Positions 44,482 to 58,356 of a stretch of 64,000 nt of DNA are shown here, piece after piece. Both the position numbers and the translations under genes were made by a program. This DNA comes from Amphiscolops sp. MND2022. Lineage: Eukaryota. A model generated the notes under the pieces. It saw only the letters and a program-made list of their open reading frames with translations, searched no databases and was not told where the DNA came from. Location of the stretch: positions 12,710,001 to 12,774,000 of the forward strand of contig OZ076409.1 in assembly GCA_964187785.1 (NCBI GenBank), given 5' to 3'. Each line of letters begins with the position of its first letter. Position 1 is the first letter of the stretch.

Positions 44482-47400
44482 AAAATTACACTTGAAATTT
44501 TTGATCTACCTAAAGTTTTAACAACGAATTTTTTTTCTGCAAGATACCATCTTGAAAGCATCAACTATGTTCCGATTTTTTATTTTCTTCTTAGAAGATG
44601 CGACAAAAGAGCGGAGATAACGCTATTCAGGTCCAAAAATCTTGTTTTAAATAAATTAATCAAACCTCAAATGATGTTGCAAACTCGAAAACCAATTCAA
44701 TGGTTAAACAATTGATTTGACTTCTTGCTTCAGAGACAACAAAATGCTTGTACGCAATGTACGTGAAACATGAATGAACAATCGCTAGTCTTAATCCATA
44801 CTCGAGCAGTTTTCGCACTGATTTTTAGATTAACCACCGATTCAAGTTTCTTGAAGGCCATCCAACCATTAAAATCACCGTCACAATGACAATATCAGCC
44901 ATGGAACGAGATTTCAACCATCGCTTTTCCGTCAACTCAATGTTGGAAAAGCGCAAGGCTTGACTATTGAACCCGACATTCGATTTGGGAAGGCTTTCAC
45001 ATATTATATCTTAATGGATTTTACGCAACTGCTAAGAGCACGTCTAAGAGTTTAAAACGATTACTCGAGCAATAGATTTGACAAAATTGATTGTCAAGAC
45101 GGGTATTCTTCCGAGCTGTTCGTCCTGACGTCATTAAAACTCTAATTAGCAGAAACATTACGTGCTCTTTGAATTCACAAGTGGCAAAAATCATTACTTT
45201 TTCAATTTTTATTCAATCAACGAAAGAGACTTTTTCAAGCGCATCTTGCGTCAATTCAAAGAACCTTTCCCGCAGCCTTCATTTGCAAAAGTACACTTCC
45301 TGTTTTTTCGGCAGCAGAATACTTGCTTACGCGAAATGTACACGCGAATTTTAAATATGAAATACGCTCAAGCATTTACATAATACAACTGATAAACAAG
45401 CGAACCAAAATGGTTTCGACGTGTGACCTTTCATGTCAATTTTTTTACAGCTGCGAAATGATTGCTCTTGAATTTAAAATTTCGAGGCACGCAGCGAGCG
45501 AGGCAAAAACAAATCAGCAACTATTGAAACGTGCCAGTTTTCTCTAGAACTAGTACAAAAATGAACTAAATTGGGGCATGATTACTTCCGACAGCTACTC
45601 TACTCATCAAATACTGATGTTTCTGAATTCTTCTTAATCGCTCGTTGCTTTTCCGTTGAAATGAAGATTCGACTGCACAAGGTCGAAACAGGCAGATCCT
45701 GAAATGACTTGACTGCTGACAACTGAGATTAACGAAGCCAAAGAAAGGTCGGACCATGTTTCTTGTTCCTCCGGTCAGGTACACCTTGTTTCAAATCCCT
45801 CAACACGGAAGCGCATTATACTCTCGAAAATATATATATATTTCACGGATAAAGAATTTTATATAGTTACAAATACTTGTAGGATTATCTCCACAGCGGT
45901 TTTGACACTACCAGCAAAATGACCCTAATTTTTCGATATCATTGTCCAAAGTAGCAAAAATTCACGCTTGGAACGAGCTAAAATCGTTTAAAAAGGCCCC
46001 TATTTCAACGCAAATTTTCTCCGCCATAACACCTAATGAGCCACTTTTAACTGGCAGTCAATGTAAAAGATGGGATTATGTCGACATCAATTGGACCAAA
46101 GTTTCAACGCAAACGATGTTGACATAATGATGTAATGGTATTTAAACCTTGTTCCTTATTTTCCCCCGTGGCCGTTTGGGGGGTAAACATGGGCGGAAAG
46201 TTCAAGTGAAAATGAACAAAATCTGTCGCAGCCAATGTTATTTTAAAAAAGAAAAAATGTTTTGCTGGGGGATAAAACTTGACATCATTTTCAATTAACA
46301 GCGTCAACAACAACAGTTCATTGGAAAATAGGCAGCCACCTCTTTAGCGTTTAGCTGCACTTGAATAAGTGATTTATCTAATGATGATAAATCTCAAGTT
46401 CTCCATCGCTTCCATCGGCGATGGAATACTCAGGGGCATGAGCGCTTCAATGATTGTCAATTAAAACATCACAAGTCTCAGCGGAATCGGACTTACTAGT
46501 GAACGGTAATATCAACCTTTTTGTCTTCTCGTTTCTAATTTAAATAATGGCTTCCGTCTAACTTGTCAGAAGCTGAGGAGACTCAGTACTTCAAAAATGA
46601 CTCCCCAAATGAAAATGCATTCTATCTCAACGTCACTTTTTCAAAACTAATTCATCATAGAAACGGTATAATAATGACGTAATCGAATAAATAATTTGCG
46701 AAATTGATTGTGCATTCGCACAATTTACAGGTCTACAAATTACATACAGCAAAACAAAAGACGTTCCTATGATATTGAATGAATAAAAATGTCAGAACAC
46801 GGAGGAACCTATAAATAAAACGCAATTGGTTTTAATCATAAGCTAGTTTCATAAATGGGTAAAAACATGCCTAACTCAACCTTTCAGACATTACGGCGCC
46901 AATCGGGGAATTTTGTTTTTTTTTCAAGAATTGAGGAAAATTGGCTTTTGCGACTACTAAAATGTGTTTTCAAGAAATGAGGAAAAAGTGAACTTCAAAG
47001 TGCCGCCAATAATATTGGCAGTGCAAAATTGAAATTTCTCGGAGACTAATTACCAGCGTTTGGATTCAATTTTGAAAAAAAAATCAAGTGTGGAATAGAC
47101 GCGGAAATTCAGCATAAGAGCGCAAAGAACTTACAAATGTTGAATTTTTCACTTTCGATAGCGGATAGCGCGAAAAAGGAGTGATAGGTTGAAGGCAGGA
47201 GAACGTGGGTTCGAATCGGTTCAGGGGTTTCAATATTCACTACTACTTGGATACTTTGCCGTCTCTTGCACCTTTAGCAATTACATGGAAACACATGATG
47301 TTTTTTGAACTATCATTTTTTGGCAATACAGTAGTTCAGTTCGTCTTTTACAAGTTCTATGGTATTTCATATCAAAGTCATGTTGTGATGATGTGCTATA

Positions 47401-47777
47401 ATGCTCGAAATGTATCGATTCAATACATCTGAGAAATCTTTTGCAACAACATGACGTAGTATTATTATTATTAAACAAAGTGATATGCGCATGTCAAGCA
47501 GTTTAGAAACCCACGGTGAGGAAGGCTAATCATCAAATCTGTTTGAAACAATTGGATCAAGGAAAAAATTCCCGACTCATTTGCAAATTCCAAAAAATTG
47601 ACGACCTCGGATTTAATCTAACATTGAGGACGGTTTACAGCCAAACAGAGAAAAGACTTGGGACAACAGATTTGTCCTGGTCCTGGCTGGGTAATAGCTT
47701 TGTTTAGAACAGAACAGCCTGAAAAGCTCGTTAAGCAGAAAGCTTAAGCAGAGGAGAAAACCCGTCTTCCTTCTTAC

Positions 47778-47884
47778 TTGAGATAAGCTTCCACGTCTTC
47801 CTTCATTATTTCGTGCCAGATCTCCTGGTCAATTTTGTTGCCCACTACCACCACCGGAATTGCATTAAAATCAGCGGATCGTTC
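47778..47884 (-). CDS. Rhes/RASD-like GTPase exon 3
   Basis: TCTCAG|GAA...AA|GTAAGA; IPVVVVGNKID (G4). Confidence 0.9.
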
Positions 47885-47968
47885 CTGAGATAACAAAAGT
47901 AAATACATTACTTAATGCACTTCGTTTTGTTTATTGAACAACGTATTGAATGACACCGCGGCGCTCAC

Positions 47969-48139
47969 CGTCATTATCTCGTCTATCAGGGCCTTGAGCT
48001 GTAGAAGGGTGTTCGGTTCCGTTACTTCATAAACAAGTATAAAGCCTTGAGCAGTGGTAATGGAGAGTTTCCTCATCGCAGGAAATTGGAGCTCGCCGGC
48101 GGTATCCAAAATGTTGACTTGATAATTCTTCGAATTGAA
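47969..48139 (-). CDS. Rhes/RASD-like GTPase exon 2
   Basis: TTGCAG|TTC...ACG|GTGAGC; ILDTAGELQFPAMRKLSITTAQGFILVY (G3; FPAMRxLSI is typical of RASD/DIRAS). Confidence 0.92.
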
Positions 48140-48645
48140 CTGCAAATACATAATTAACTCAACACCACTAATCTTATTATTACCCAACAACCCACGCAAT
48201 GTTTCATTTCTTCCAAAAAGTTTGATTAACAAGCCGGGAACGACATAAGTCGGCGCCCCGCTAAAAACTCAAAAATAGCAAAAGAACTTCAAAGCGTCAA
48301 GTATTCTCTTTAATAGGACCCAAAAAACCCAAAAGAGGGACCTATTCTGTTGCAAAATATCAAAAAAAAACGAAGGGGGACATTTAAAAATTTCGGAATA
48401 AAAAAGTCTCACAGTGCCGAAAAAAAATCGAAAGTGGGACCCTTGTCTCGTCCCGTTTCGCATGTTACGCTAAATTGAACAACTATTATGGTTCAGTTCC
48501 CTGGGCCAAATGGTACAGTTTGGCCCCGTAAAATTTTGTAGACTTCTAGAGCTTTTTTGGTCAGTTCGTGTGGATTGGAAGAAAAGCCACTATTATAGTC
48601 ACGTTTCACTTCATGAAACGCGGACTAAAAATACAAGCAACCAAC

Positions 48646-48789
48646 CTTATAGTTTCGGTTGTGCAAATCCTCGACAGTCTCCACGTATTTCTCAGGGAAA
48701 GAGTCGTAGAGGAGCCTGGAGATGATCGAAGTCTTGCCCACCCTTCCGGCACCAAGCACCACCAGACGAAACGTGTAGGTATCCGCCAT
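48646..48789 (-). CDS. Rhes/RASD-like GTPase exon 1 (258 aa total)
   Basis: MADTYTFRLVVLGAGRVGKT P-loop, KYVETVEDLH switch I; donor AAG|GTTGGT. Confidence 0.92.
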
Positions 48790-49410
48790 TCCCAAGTCTC
48801 TACTGAAACATGAAGCACATTTCAACAAAACAAAAATGCTACTTCTTATGGTTACATCTTAACGTTACATCTAGTTGGTGGCGATGTAGACATTTGAAAA
48901 AGAAAATGGCAACAGCTATCTGCCTCATCTTGACCAACCCAGCGAAATTAACATTGTGTTTTGATTTTTGAAGCCAGTTTGACGATTTTTAAAACACACA
49001 ATAGTGTGATTAAATATCCGTACTGCTGTTAGAGCGTAATTGTTTTTTCAAACTTCTAGAAAAAAAATCACAGTGAAATCTACATATAGTTCTCAAAGTA
49101 CGAAGATAGGAGAGAAGTTCGATGGCGCAACTATCTTAGTTTCAACATCCAAATCATATTCTAAGGTTTGCATTTCCCTAAATACCATGATGTCTATCAC
49201 TAGCTGAAAGAAATTTCAAAATTTCAGCTAGTTATTTCGCCAAGTTATTCAACATTTCCTGAAATTATTCTCAATACCCAATCTTAATACATGTAAGGTA
49301 ATTATTTTTGCTCATGATGTCGATGAAAATTCAATAGACACTTACAAAAGAGATCAAGACTTTTCAGAATATTTAGTAGATGATTCGAAGCTTAGCAAAT
49401 AAATGCAAAT

Positions 49411-49858
49411 CAGGCATGTCATTATTATTCGACGAGTATTTCCGAGTAAATCGACCAACTACAGTTTAGCGAGTAAAACTGCGTAATTAGCCGGTATTTT
49501 TGAGAAATAGCCTGTACATCCAAGCAATAACCCGTATTTCAGAGAAATTCGCGAGTTTTGGGAAGGAGTTGCCGCTCAAATCCCGAAGATGTATTCTCTT
49601 GCGATGACATACGGATTTATAGTTCCATCTTCTGCCTTAGTTGAGAGAGTATTTTCTTATTTCAACGAGGTTTTAAGCGAAGATGGACAAAAATTTGCTC
49701 CTGAAACTCTTACTGTTACTGTTTCTGTATACCAACGCCGAAAAATTCAAAATTTTTGTGGTTAATTTCGTTTTTTCCCGAGTAATCCACCCACATCCGA
49801 GCCTGTGCCGAGTCTAGTATTTTTTAGGGTTTTGCTCCGAGTAATTTTGACATGCTTG
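49411..49858 (+). mobile_element. Internally deleted hAT transposon retaining the C-terminal dimerisation domain
   Basis: TIR CAGGCATGTC / GACATGCTTG (9/10); decayed 8-bp TSD ATGCAAAT / ATGTAAGT; CCGAGTA subterminal motifs; EFWEGVAAQIPKMYSLAMTY..VPSSALVERVFSYF...ETL. Confidence 0.78.
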
Positions 49859-49891
49859 ATGTAAGTAATGAAGCAGATTTTGGGGTTTAGT

Positions 49892-50567
49892 ATCATTTCA
49901 CCCCACGTTCATTTCACCCCATATCAATTCACCCCACATTCATTTCACCCCAGGTTCATTTCACCCCAGGTTCATTTCACCCCAAATTCATTTCACCCCA
50001 AATTCATTTCACCCCACATTCATTTCACCCCACACTTAAATTATCAAATGCGTCTCAGATTAATTACTAAAGCCATCCAATTTCAATCTTAGCGCTAATA
50101 GAAAAGCGTCTTGAATCTAATTACCAATTAGATAAGCAAACGATGCTTTCTATGTGAACCACAAAATCAGAACCGAAAAATTTCACTTACCGGAATTGTA
50201 ATACTTCTTAACAAGGAGCTCAGAAAAATCTTTTTTTTTCTGTGAATCAAATTCTACAATTTTGGATCCTATATTCAGCAAAAAATGTTCTATTCCGTTT
50301 TCCTACTTCAAAAAAATTTCCTACAGGCCAGAAACCTCAAAGCTAACTCAAAGACAGTGGCATCAAAGTTTAATTGTTAGTTGACTAATTAACGTGAGAC
50401 GCTTTTGTATAATTACAATATGGTGTGAAATGAAAGTGGGGTGAAATGAACGTGGGGTGAAATGAATGTGGGGTGAAATTAACGTGGGGTGAATTGAACG
50501 TGGGGTGAAATGAATGTGGGGTGAAATGATACGGGGTGAAATGATATGATTTTGGGGTGAAATGAAC
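49892..50567. repeat. Two 15-bp minisatellite arrays in inverted orientation (foldback-like)
   Basis: (..TTCATTTCACCCC)n at 49892-50031 and (GGGGTGAAATGAA..)n at 50421-50567. Confidence 0.85.
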
Positions 50568-53196
50568 GCACACCGATTTTGGAACAAAATTGGTCAAAAT
50601 AGTAAGCACAAATTAATTCCGAGAAATTTTACATGTATTTTGCAATCACTAACTTCCGCACATTTGGTCGCATCGTTTTTCAATCAACTCAAATGTAAGT
50701 ATTTTCAAATTTCAAAAAATTTAATTTCAACCATATTTTTTTAAAACAATTGGTTTTTGAAATTTCAGGAAAAACCCAAATTTTCTCGAAACAATGCCCT
50801 AGACAACAACTCTGAAAAATAATTGCTTCAAAAAATAATTGCAATTTTACCGTTTCGAGCTATTTGCAAATCATCGGAAGTAATAAAATCTAGTGCCGTA
50901 AAACAGTTAACCGTTTGACACAATTCTTATCGTCCTTTTCCTCGATGTAGAAATGATGTTTGCCCGAATAATTACAAAATACGGCTGTCAAATTGCTTCG
51001 AACTTGAAAGTTAATGACTGAGTTAAGGACTGTTTAAACTAATTCTGAGAGGTATTACTGAATAATTCAAGTTTGTCTAGAAACAGTTTCATTTTGGAAA
51101 AAATTGCAATTAACAACACCGGTCCAATACAATATAATTTCACTTCTCATATTTGATTGCAAGGGCAAAAAATTAATTTTCGCACTGGCCTAAGAACCAT
51201 ACCGTTTTTGTACCAGCTTTTCATTCGTTCCAACACAGTTTTTCGGATAAATTGTTCCAATGAAATTCAAATTATTTTAGGTATTCGATGAAACAATGCA
51301 CTAGTGTTGCGTATGAGAAAATAGACACCGTATTATTTCTGCTGTAATATATATAGCGCAAAATCATTCACTGTACCAGTTCACACCGCCTTTGATTCAT
51401 CTCAGACCAGTGTTGTGCATTTCTATTTTAAAAGGATTTTTAAAGGAAAAAAGTTTTCATTAAAAAATTATAAAGGATCATTTAAATTATTGCATACTTT
51501 CAACACACATTTCAGACTAAAACTATATTTCGCATTAAGATCTAAGCTTAATGTTATTCATGGACAATCGATTTTTCCGATTTTCCGTGAAGTATTAAGC
51601 CCTTGGAAATGCCGTTTTCTTATAATTGAATACTTTAACCTCAAAAGTCTGAATAATAGTTAAAACTTCCCAAAAAATAGATCGAGTTGACTCCCGTCTC
51701 TACCCCCGAGGTTTGATTCACATTGAGAGTACAGTTTCTTTTTATTTAAACTATTACTATTCATTTAAATGATTCTTCCTTTAAATGAATCGCTTTTAAA
51801 GGTTTGAAAATTTATATGATCCTTTATATTATCCTTTAAGTGTACAACACTGTCTCAGACTAAAAAAAATACAACTACTAAACGTATATGACGTTTCGCA
51901 TTCGTATTTGAATACAGACGAAGCTCGGCGTAGGAATAATTCACACTCGTTCGCTTCTTCATTTCAATGAAAGCGCTGCTACGAGAAATATATGAATAAA
52001 CTAGCTAAAGACATGGATCAACAAATCAAAATTGGCTAACAAATTGGGTCGACAAATAGGTCTTGAAAGAAATCTCATTTACGGCTTCTATACTATTTCA
52101 GCTTACGCAGAACTGCTAAAAATCAGCTTCTAACATTCCGTACCAGGAATTTTCATCATTTTCACATTCTGTCAATTATTTGCATCTGAATAACAGCCGT
52201 GTTAGCTACTCATCAGAGTACTACCATCCTTTTTGATAGTTTAAAAATCATTTATATACAAATGAAATGAAAAACATTCTGAACAAGACTGAAGAAGTGG
52301 CTCGACTGTTTTCTTCTACATTTTGATTTGATTTTGATCGACCTGATTTAGTTCAAAGTATTATCACTGAATATTGCAAATTTAGAAATAAACATCTATA
52401 GCGACACAGAAAACAAAAACGCAGTAGCTTCAATAGTATTGCAAAAAATTTTCCGAAGTCCTTAAATGGTACGCTACCGAAGGCCAAGAAAAACACATGT
52501 TTCTTTTCGGGCGGGTGGTGACGAGGTATAAATTAGCAAAATGGTCGATTGATTGATACTGCCGAAAGCACTTCCTCTTATCAATTAGGCCACTCGTTAA
52601 GCGGTAAGTTTCTCGGATTGTGCATTCACCAAAGTTACTCTTGAAAAAATCTTACTGACGTCTTTGAAATATTTTTCCAAGGACACTAATTTTCCGCTCA
52701 ATTCAACTCAACCGCGTGATGTAATTTATTTTGAACACTGATACATGCAAAGTGTACTAGAGTTAAAACAAAACAGGATGTCCAAAAGTCTGTGCCCCGC
52801 TCAACGGACCAGCGCTGGCCACGCTCACTAAACTAGACCAAGAAAGCAGCGTGAACAAAGTCTAATCAAATAGTGGAACTTTCAGTGGGAACTTAGTTTC
52901 CTGAAGAAATGAAAGTATCACGAAAGTCTCAAGTCGGCGTCCCGCTCAAGGCTCAAACAAAAAAGTTTTTAAAAGACGCTCAGGGCTTTCTCAAGGAAAA
53001 ACTCACTAATATATGAGTGACGAAAAATACTCTAAGTGCGCCTTTCGTGCTCGGAAAACGTCTTCCTCAACTGAAAACATTTTTAAAATCGAGAAAAGTC
53101 GCACAGTGATGAAAAACCTGCAGGAGGAACACTTTACTCTCTTGGAACATATTGTTCGAACTCAAAACAGCAGAAAAAATTTTAAAATTCTCAAAT

Positions 53197-53444
53197 CACA
53201 GTGTTCGAAGCCATGGTATCCTTGCCAAGATCCATCGCAAGATCTTGGCAAGGATATCATGACCATGCAAGATCGTGCAAAGTCTAACCATGATCTTGGC
53301 AAGGATGCAAAGATTAACCATGTTCTTGACAAGGGTTCCATGTATCATGATTTGCCATGATCTCGACAAGGGTACCATGGTTAACCATGATTTAGCAAGA
53401 TTAACCATGATCATGGCAAGCATTCCATGGCTTCGAACACTGGG
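53197..53444. mobile_element. EnSpm/CACTA-type MITE (248 bp) nested in an H3 copy
   Basis: TIR C(A/C)CAGTGTTCGAAGCCATGG, AT dinucleotide on both flanks (2-bp TSD), internal CAAGATCTTGGCAAG / AACCATG repeats. Confidence 0.8.
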
Positions 53445-53649
53445 ATTTCATACACTGTTTTTGGGGAAAACGAAATCATCTTTAGACGGCACTTTTAGTT
53501 AAGACTGAAGTCGTCCGACTATTACAGTCACTTCATTCTTAGTCGGTGCTTACAAAGCAAAAGGCGAATAAAGTAGTGACTTCAAGAAACGCGATGTGGC
53601 TGATTAAATTAATGCTAATAACTAGTCTATACTAAGATTCTTTCTTCCC

Positions 53650-53726
53650 ACTGCACTTGGCATAATGGATTACTCGAATTTGAGGACTGAGAAGCAGGAG
53701 GAATACGTGGGTTCGATTCTCGCAGT
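53650..53726 (+). pseudogene. tRNA-like sequence in a reversed H3 copy
   Basis: ACTGC...GCAGT paired ends, A box TGGCATAATGG, B box GGTTCGATTCT; a similar 3' motif occurs at ~47195-47225. Confidence 0.5.
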
Positions 53727-54367
53727 AAAACAAAAATTTCTGCTTGCAGAAACACAGGGGAGACCAAAGCGTCCCCTTTTTTTCGGCACTGTGTGACTTT
53801 TTTTCGTTCTTGGACCTCATGATGTTCAGCAGAAACAAAGCGTTCGGCGAGCATAAAGGGCCATCTAGGGATTTTTCGACACAATGCGACTTACCGGAAA
53901 AAATTGGTTTCCTACATTTTTTGGTTTTTTGTAATTTTCTGTGAAAGAAAATCATTTTCAGAGTCGTAAGGGTGACCTCTTTGTGTATGTTTTGGTCCTG
54001 TGTGACTGATGAGCGTTCTCAATAACTGTGGAAAAGACCTACGGGTCGTTCCCGGCTTGTTGAAGACACGGACGCGAAGAAAACGGACACTGCGGCCGAT
54101 ACAAAACTTATATAGCATGTATTCACGGTTCACGGAATTTACATAGATGCGTAGACTTTACGCACCTCTCGGCTTTTTTCCAGATTCCTTCGATAAAGCA
54201 GTCGCAAAAAAGCTTCAAATAAATTTGAGATTGTGATTTTCGAAGTCATGAAAAAATGTTAGGCTATTTCAAATAATGAACAACATAATTCAACAAAAAA
54301 TATTTTAAGGAAATTTTTCCAGTGGTATATTGGGTACTTAGTACAGGGGACATAGTAGAACGATTAG

Positions 54368-57310
54368 TTAACCAGTCGAAACTAGTTTGATGACCATTGC
54401 AAAAGGTCTGACTGTTATATTGCCTGGTATTTTGGAGACGTTTATTAGTCGGCGCTTTTCCTTTTTCGAGGCCACACGGCACCCCCTTCGGATACTTACT
54501 GGCACTCTGGAATTTATGAGATTCTTGAAAGCGAGTCTAAGCATATTTGGAGTTTTGCGCTTTTCGAGCCTTGGGCGAGGTGCCAACTTCTCACCGAGAA
54601 CGAAGTTTTTGGACGAGATACTCAATTTTTTTTTGGTAATTGGCATTAGCCAGTAGGTTTTTGAATTTGCATCTAGTTATTTTTTTCATTAAACAATAAA
54701 AAAATTATATTTGCGCTCCAAAATGATTTTCAAATATACTTTTGACAAAACTGATTCTGCTTATCATCACTGACTGATATGAATGCGAAGTCTGGACAGT
54801 TTCAATATAACGAGAAACAGGTGAAAGGGTGCTTTTTCATGAAGACGGTCGTTGATCGACAGGCAACAAAAATTATTTGCAATTCAACTTTGCGTGAAAA
54901 ATATCCAACGTCTAATACGAAGCAGATGACGCTTATAAGCGAACGGGAACAAAGTGGTACCATAAAAAGGCACTTTAATGATCATGAAAAAGTAATAAAA
55001 ATTCTCAAATTTACGACTTCTATAGACCAACAATCGCCCATGATCCGATTAGCTAATCAGTGAAGCATTGCATTTCAAAAGGAAAGCAGCTCAACCCAAC
55101 ACCAAACCATACCCCCTCCCCAAAGCCGGATGACGTATATTGCACCAATGACAACTTCATAATTGTGAATTCCAGCTAGATTTGAGAAGTTTAAAATAAC
55201 AAACAAGTTGATCGTGATCACAGTTCCTATTCAATTTCCTCCCAGCATTGACAGGCTATTCTCAGCATTTGATAACACGAACCCGCGGGCTTTGATTAAT
55301 GGGCCATTGGCTGCTATTTTGACACATACGTCAGCATAATATACCGTGATTGATGGAGTTCATTTCTAAACCGACCGGCGTTTCATTCAAATATTTTTAT
55401 CAGTCGCGGGGTAGAAGCAATCCATGTATATCAAAATGCGAAATATTTGGTGCTCGGTAGGTTCTCAAAACCAACCCAAGTCACAAGCGGTCATAATTGA
55501 CGCCGCAGCCGCCATTTTCAAGCTCTTATCTCATATCAGTAGACGGGTGGCCTTTCGGTGCATTAACGCTTTTCTTCAGTCTACTTTTCTGAACCAACAA
55601 AGAGAACAGTAATATCTATGAAAATCGCTCCCTAATTTTGCCGCAACATCAAAAAAGTTGCAGAATTGCAAAAATTCATCCATCATTTCTGCACAATTTT
55701 TTCGCGATGGAACCTATTGACAAAAGAATTAAATTCCAAACAATTTCTTGGAAATTATTTTGATTCTTGAACGTTTCTTGAGTGCAATATCAGTAATTTT
55801 GACAGAAAGCATCCAAATCTTGGACTGAGAATTTGCCACTTGAAAAATATATTTATTACCGTAGAACGATAATGACCTTTTGCATTTTCATTTGAAAAGA
55901 GGCGAAGCTCTCAGCGAATGATTAAGAAAAAACACTCATTGGCGTTATTCCTAAAAAAGTGTAAACCACCACTGAGAGTTAGACTAGCTACTAAAAGATA
56001 ACAGTTTGTAATTGCGATGAATCTGCAATCGAAAAAATTGAAGAGAAAAATATTCATTCCTTCACACTATTGTAATTTTCCACAAGTTTTCTCGGTAGAT
56101 CTTTCAAATGACAAAATAAAGTTCTTTCAGACACCGCTGCAAAAAGTCCGCCAGGCCAGTTTCAATAATAATCAAACTAACAATAAAATATGCATATAGG
56201 TCCGAAAACTGTCCAGCCTTATACCGTTGAAGAACTCTTGATACCGTTAACACACTCTTTAAGCACTATAACACTGTGCCAAAACTGAACTATCATATGG
56301 TTTTTTTAAATTATGCATAAAACAAAAATGTTCGACGTTTCCATTTCTCATAATGGTTTTACAGGAAAAATCTACAGAAATATTTGAACATTATTGAACA
56401 AAAAAGCGCTTTTACACAATTTTTCTCTGAAATCAAAAAAATACAGAGCTGACGTGGAGAGCACTTGTTACAAAACAACGTGAGTACACACGGAGTTTCG
56501 AAATGAATTCCTCTGAATATATATATACACGGAGTTTCAAATTTAATTAATAAAATTCCAACTCTTACCCTTGTAGAACCCAGCATGAAAAATTCCAGTC
56601 TTTCTCGGAAACACTGAATTGTCATTCAATTTTAAAACATACTTGAAGTCAAAAAATGTTTAAAAGCTTGAAGAAAAAGTATTTCAGCGAAATAGCGATT
56701 TCGCGAAGAAAAAATAGCGGTCAAAACTCTGGTGTAAATGTCTTGCTCATTTTAAAAACATTTTTACATGTCGAGATACGAGAGCCGGTCGTCGGAATTA
56801 TTGGTTGTTTTTACCTGATGGACTGCTTTCATGTCTCCCACCATTCGAGGCGTGAAATTACGACCAACGAAGTACCAACAACGTTGAACAATCAGGCTTT
56901 TTATTGAAAATTCTGGGATGGGCGGAACCAACTTCGCTTCTTTCTACTAAAGGGGCTTTTGCTTCATTATCATTTTTGCTGATCTAAGAAGCAAAAGTGA
57001 TTAGCAAATGCAACAGAAAACTGCATAGTTTCAGTTTTGAATTCAATGCAGGCAACAATGAGCTGGTTGAAAATTCAAGGCCTAATGACTGTCTTTTCAG
57101 CAAATTTTGAACGGAACAGACACCGTTATTTTTCACTATTTTCATTTTTTTCTCTAGGAGAAATCTTGTTGTGATTGAAAACAAGAATGATTTTTGACAA
57201 AAGATTTGTGCTTGCAAAACACGTGGGGGCATTGGGAGGAAGCCTTGCAGAAAAATTTACCCTCCCGGCGAAGCTTAATTGGGAGTGACAATGGAGCTCA
57301 CTGGAATTCA
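54368..57310 (-). other. Possible exons of an unidentified gene
   Basis: Splice-like signals and short open frames (e.g. ...PRMVGDMKAVHQ|GTAAAA near 56810; strong acceptor CTAATCACTTTTGCTTCTTAG near 56985; ORF 54368-54646). No consistent model. Confidence 0.2.
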
Positions 57311-58356
57311 CTTGAAAAAGCATAGAACGTGCATGGACAAACCTTGTGTTGATTACGGCTAATTTGCTGCAACAAAATCACAGCCGAGAGGCTTTCAACA
57401 AAATTAATTACTACCTACTCCTCATTTCTGCACCGCAACAGAACCGATACTGATGATGCATCCGTACATACAAACAACATAAAGGCTTTTAGTACAGAAA
57501 AATTTTCAACAGATAAGGAAAAATTCGGTTCTTGACATTTTACAAAGCTTCCTTGGTCTACTAAAGTTGAAATTTAAAAAAGACCATTAAGAAAGTTCAA
57601 CAAATTCAACTCATTCTGCAACGCATTCACGTTGGAGAAGTAGCTTTAAGAAGAGTCAATAAAAAGGGAATAAACGTTAGGAAAAACAGCGCTCAAAGTT
57701 AAAATAAAACTAAGGGGAGTTTGGTTTGCGAGAGCCAATTATTATTAATTGGCATTCACATCAACTTCAAAACAGCAGTTAAAAGGGTAAACACAACCCT
57801 AAGGCATTAATTTAGGGATTTCTTCTGATTTTTAAGCGTACATAAGAAGAAAGTACATTTTTCTCATATATACCAATTTATGCTCTTAACAGGGTTGGCT
57901 GACATTAATCAATTGATAATCCGACTAAAATCAACTTGCTTAAAACTCAGCAATTTTTCTTGAAAAATTTCATTTTGCTGAAGGGTCCCTCATCTGAGTT
58001 TTTCAATATTTTTACTGAGAAAAAACGTTTTTCGAACCTGAAGGGTCCATTTTTTATGCACTATAATACCTTTTTCAATTTTTAAAAACTTTCAAGTATT
58101 TTTGCACTATTTTGGGCTTTAGTTATTTTCAGTTAGAGAAAAGCTTTTTCGAGCTCAAAGTGCCTTTTCGGATAAGTTCCGCACTGTGAGCTCTTCCAGA
58201 ACCAGAACCTCTTTTCAAAAGCCACTCCTGCGTATATTCAAACGGTTAGCGCTTGAGCCTTCAACGGGGCGCCGATTTTTGATGGGTCCGTTTCATTTCA
58301 TCACCTGGCAAAAAAATTCATCTGGGTCGGCATTTTAACAAATTTTGAAAGAATAG

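Noticed and set aside
49868-50609. ORFs rich in HFTP/FISP repeats
   Set aside because: Translation artefacts of the 15-bp minisatellite.
53013-53502. Overlapping 75-115-aa ORFs
   Set aside because: Derived from the palindromic MITE and H3 repeat.
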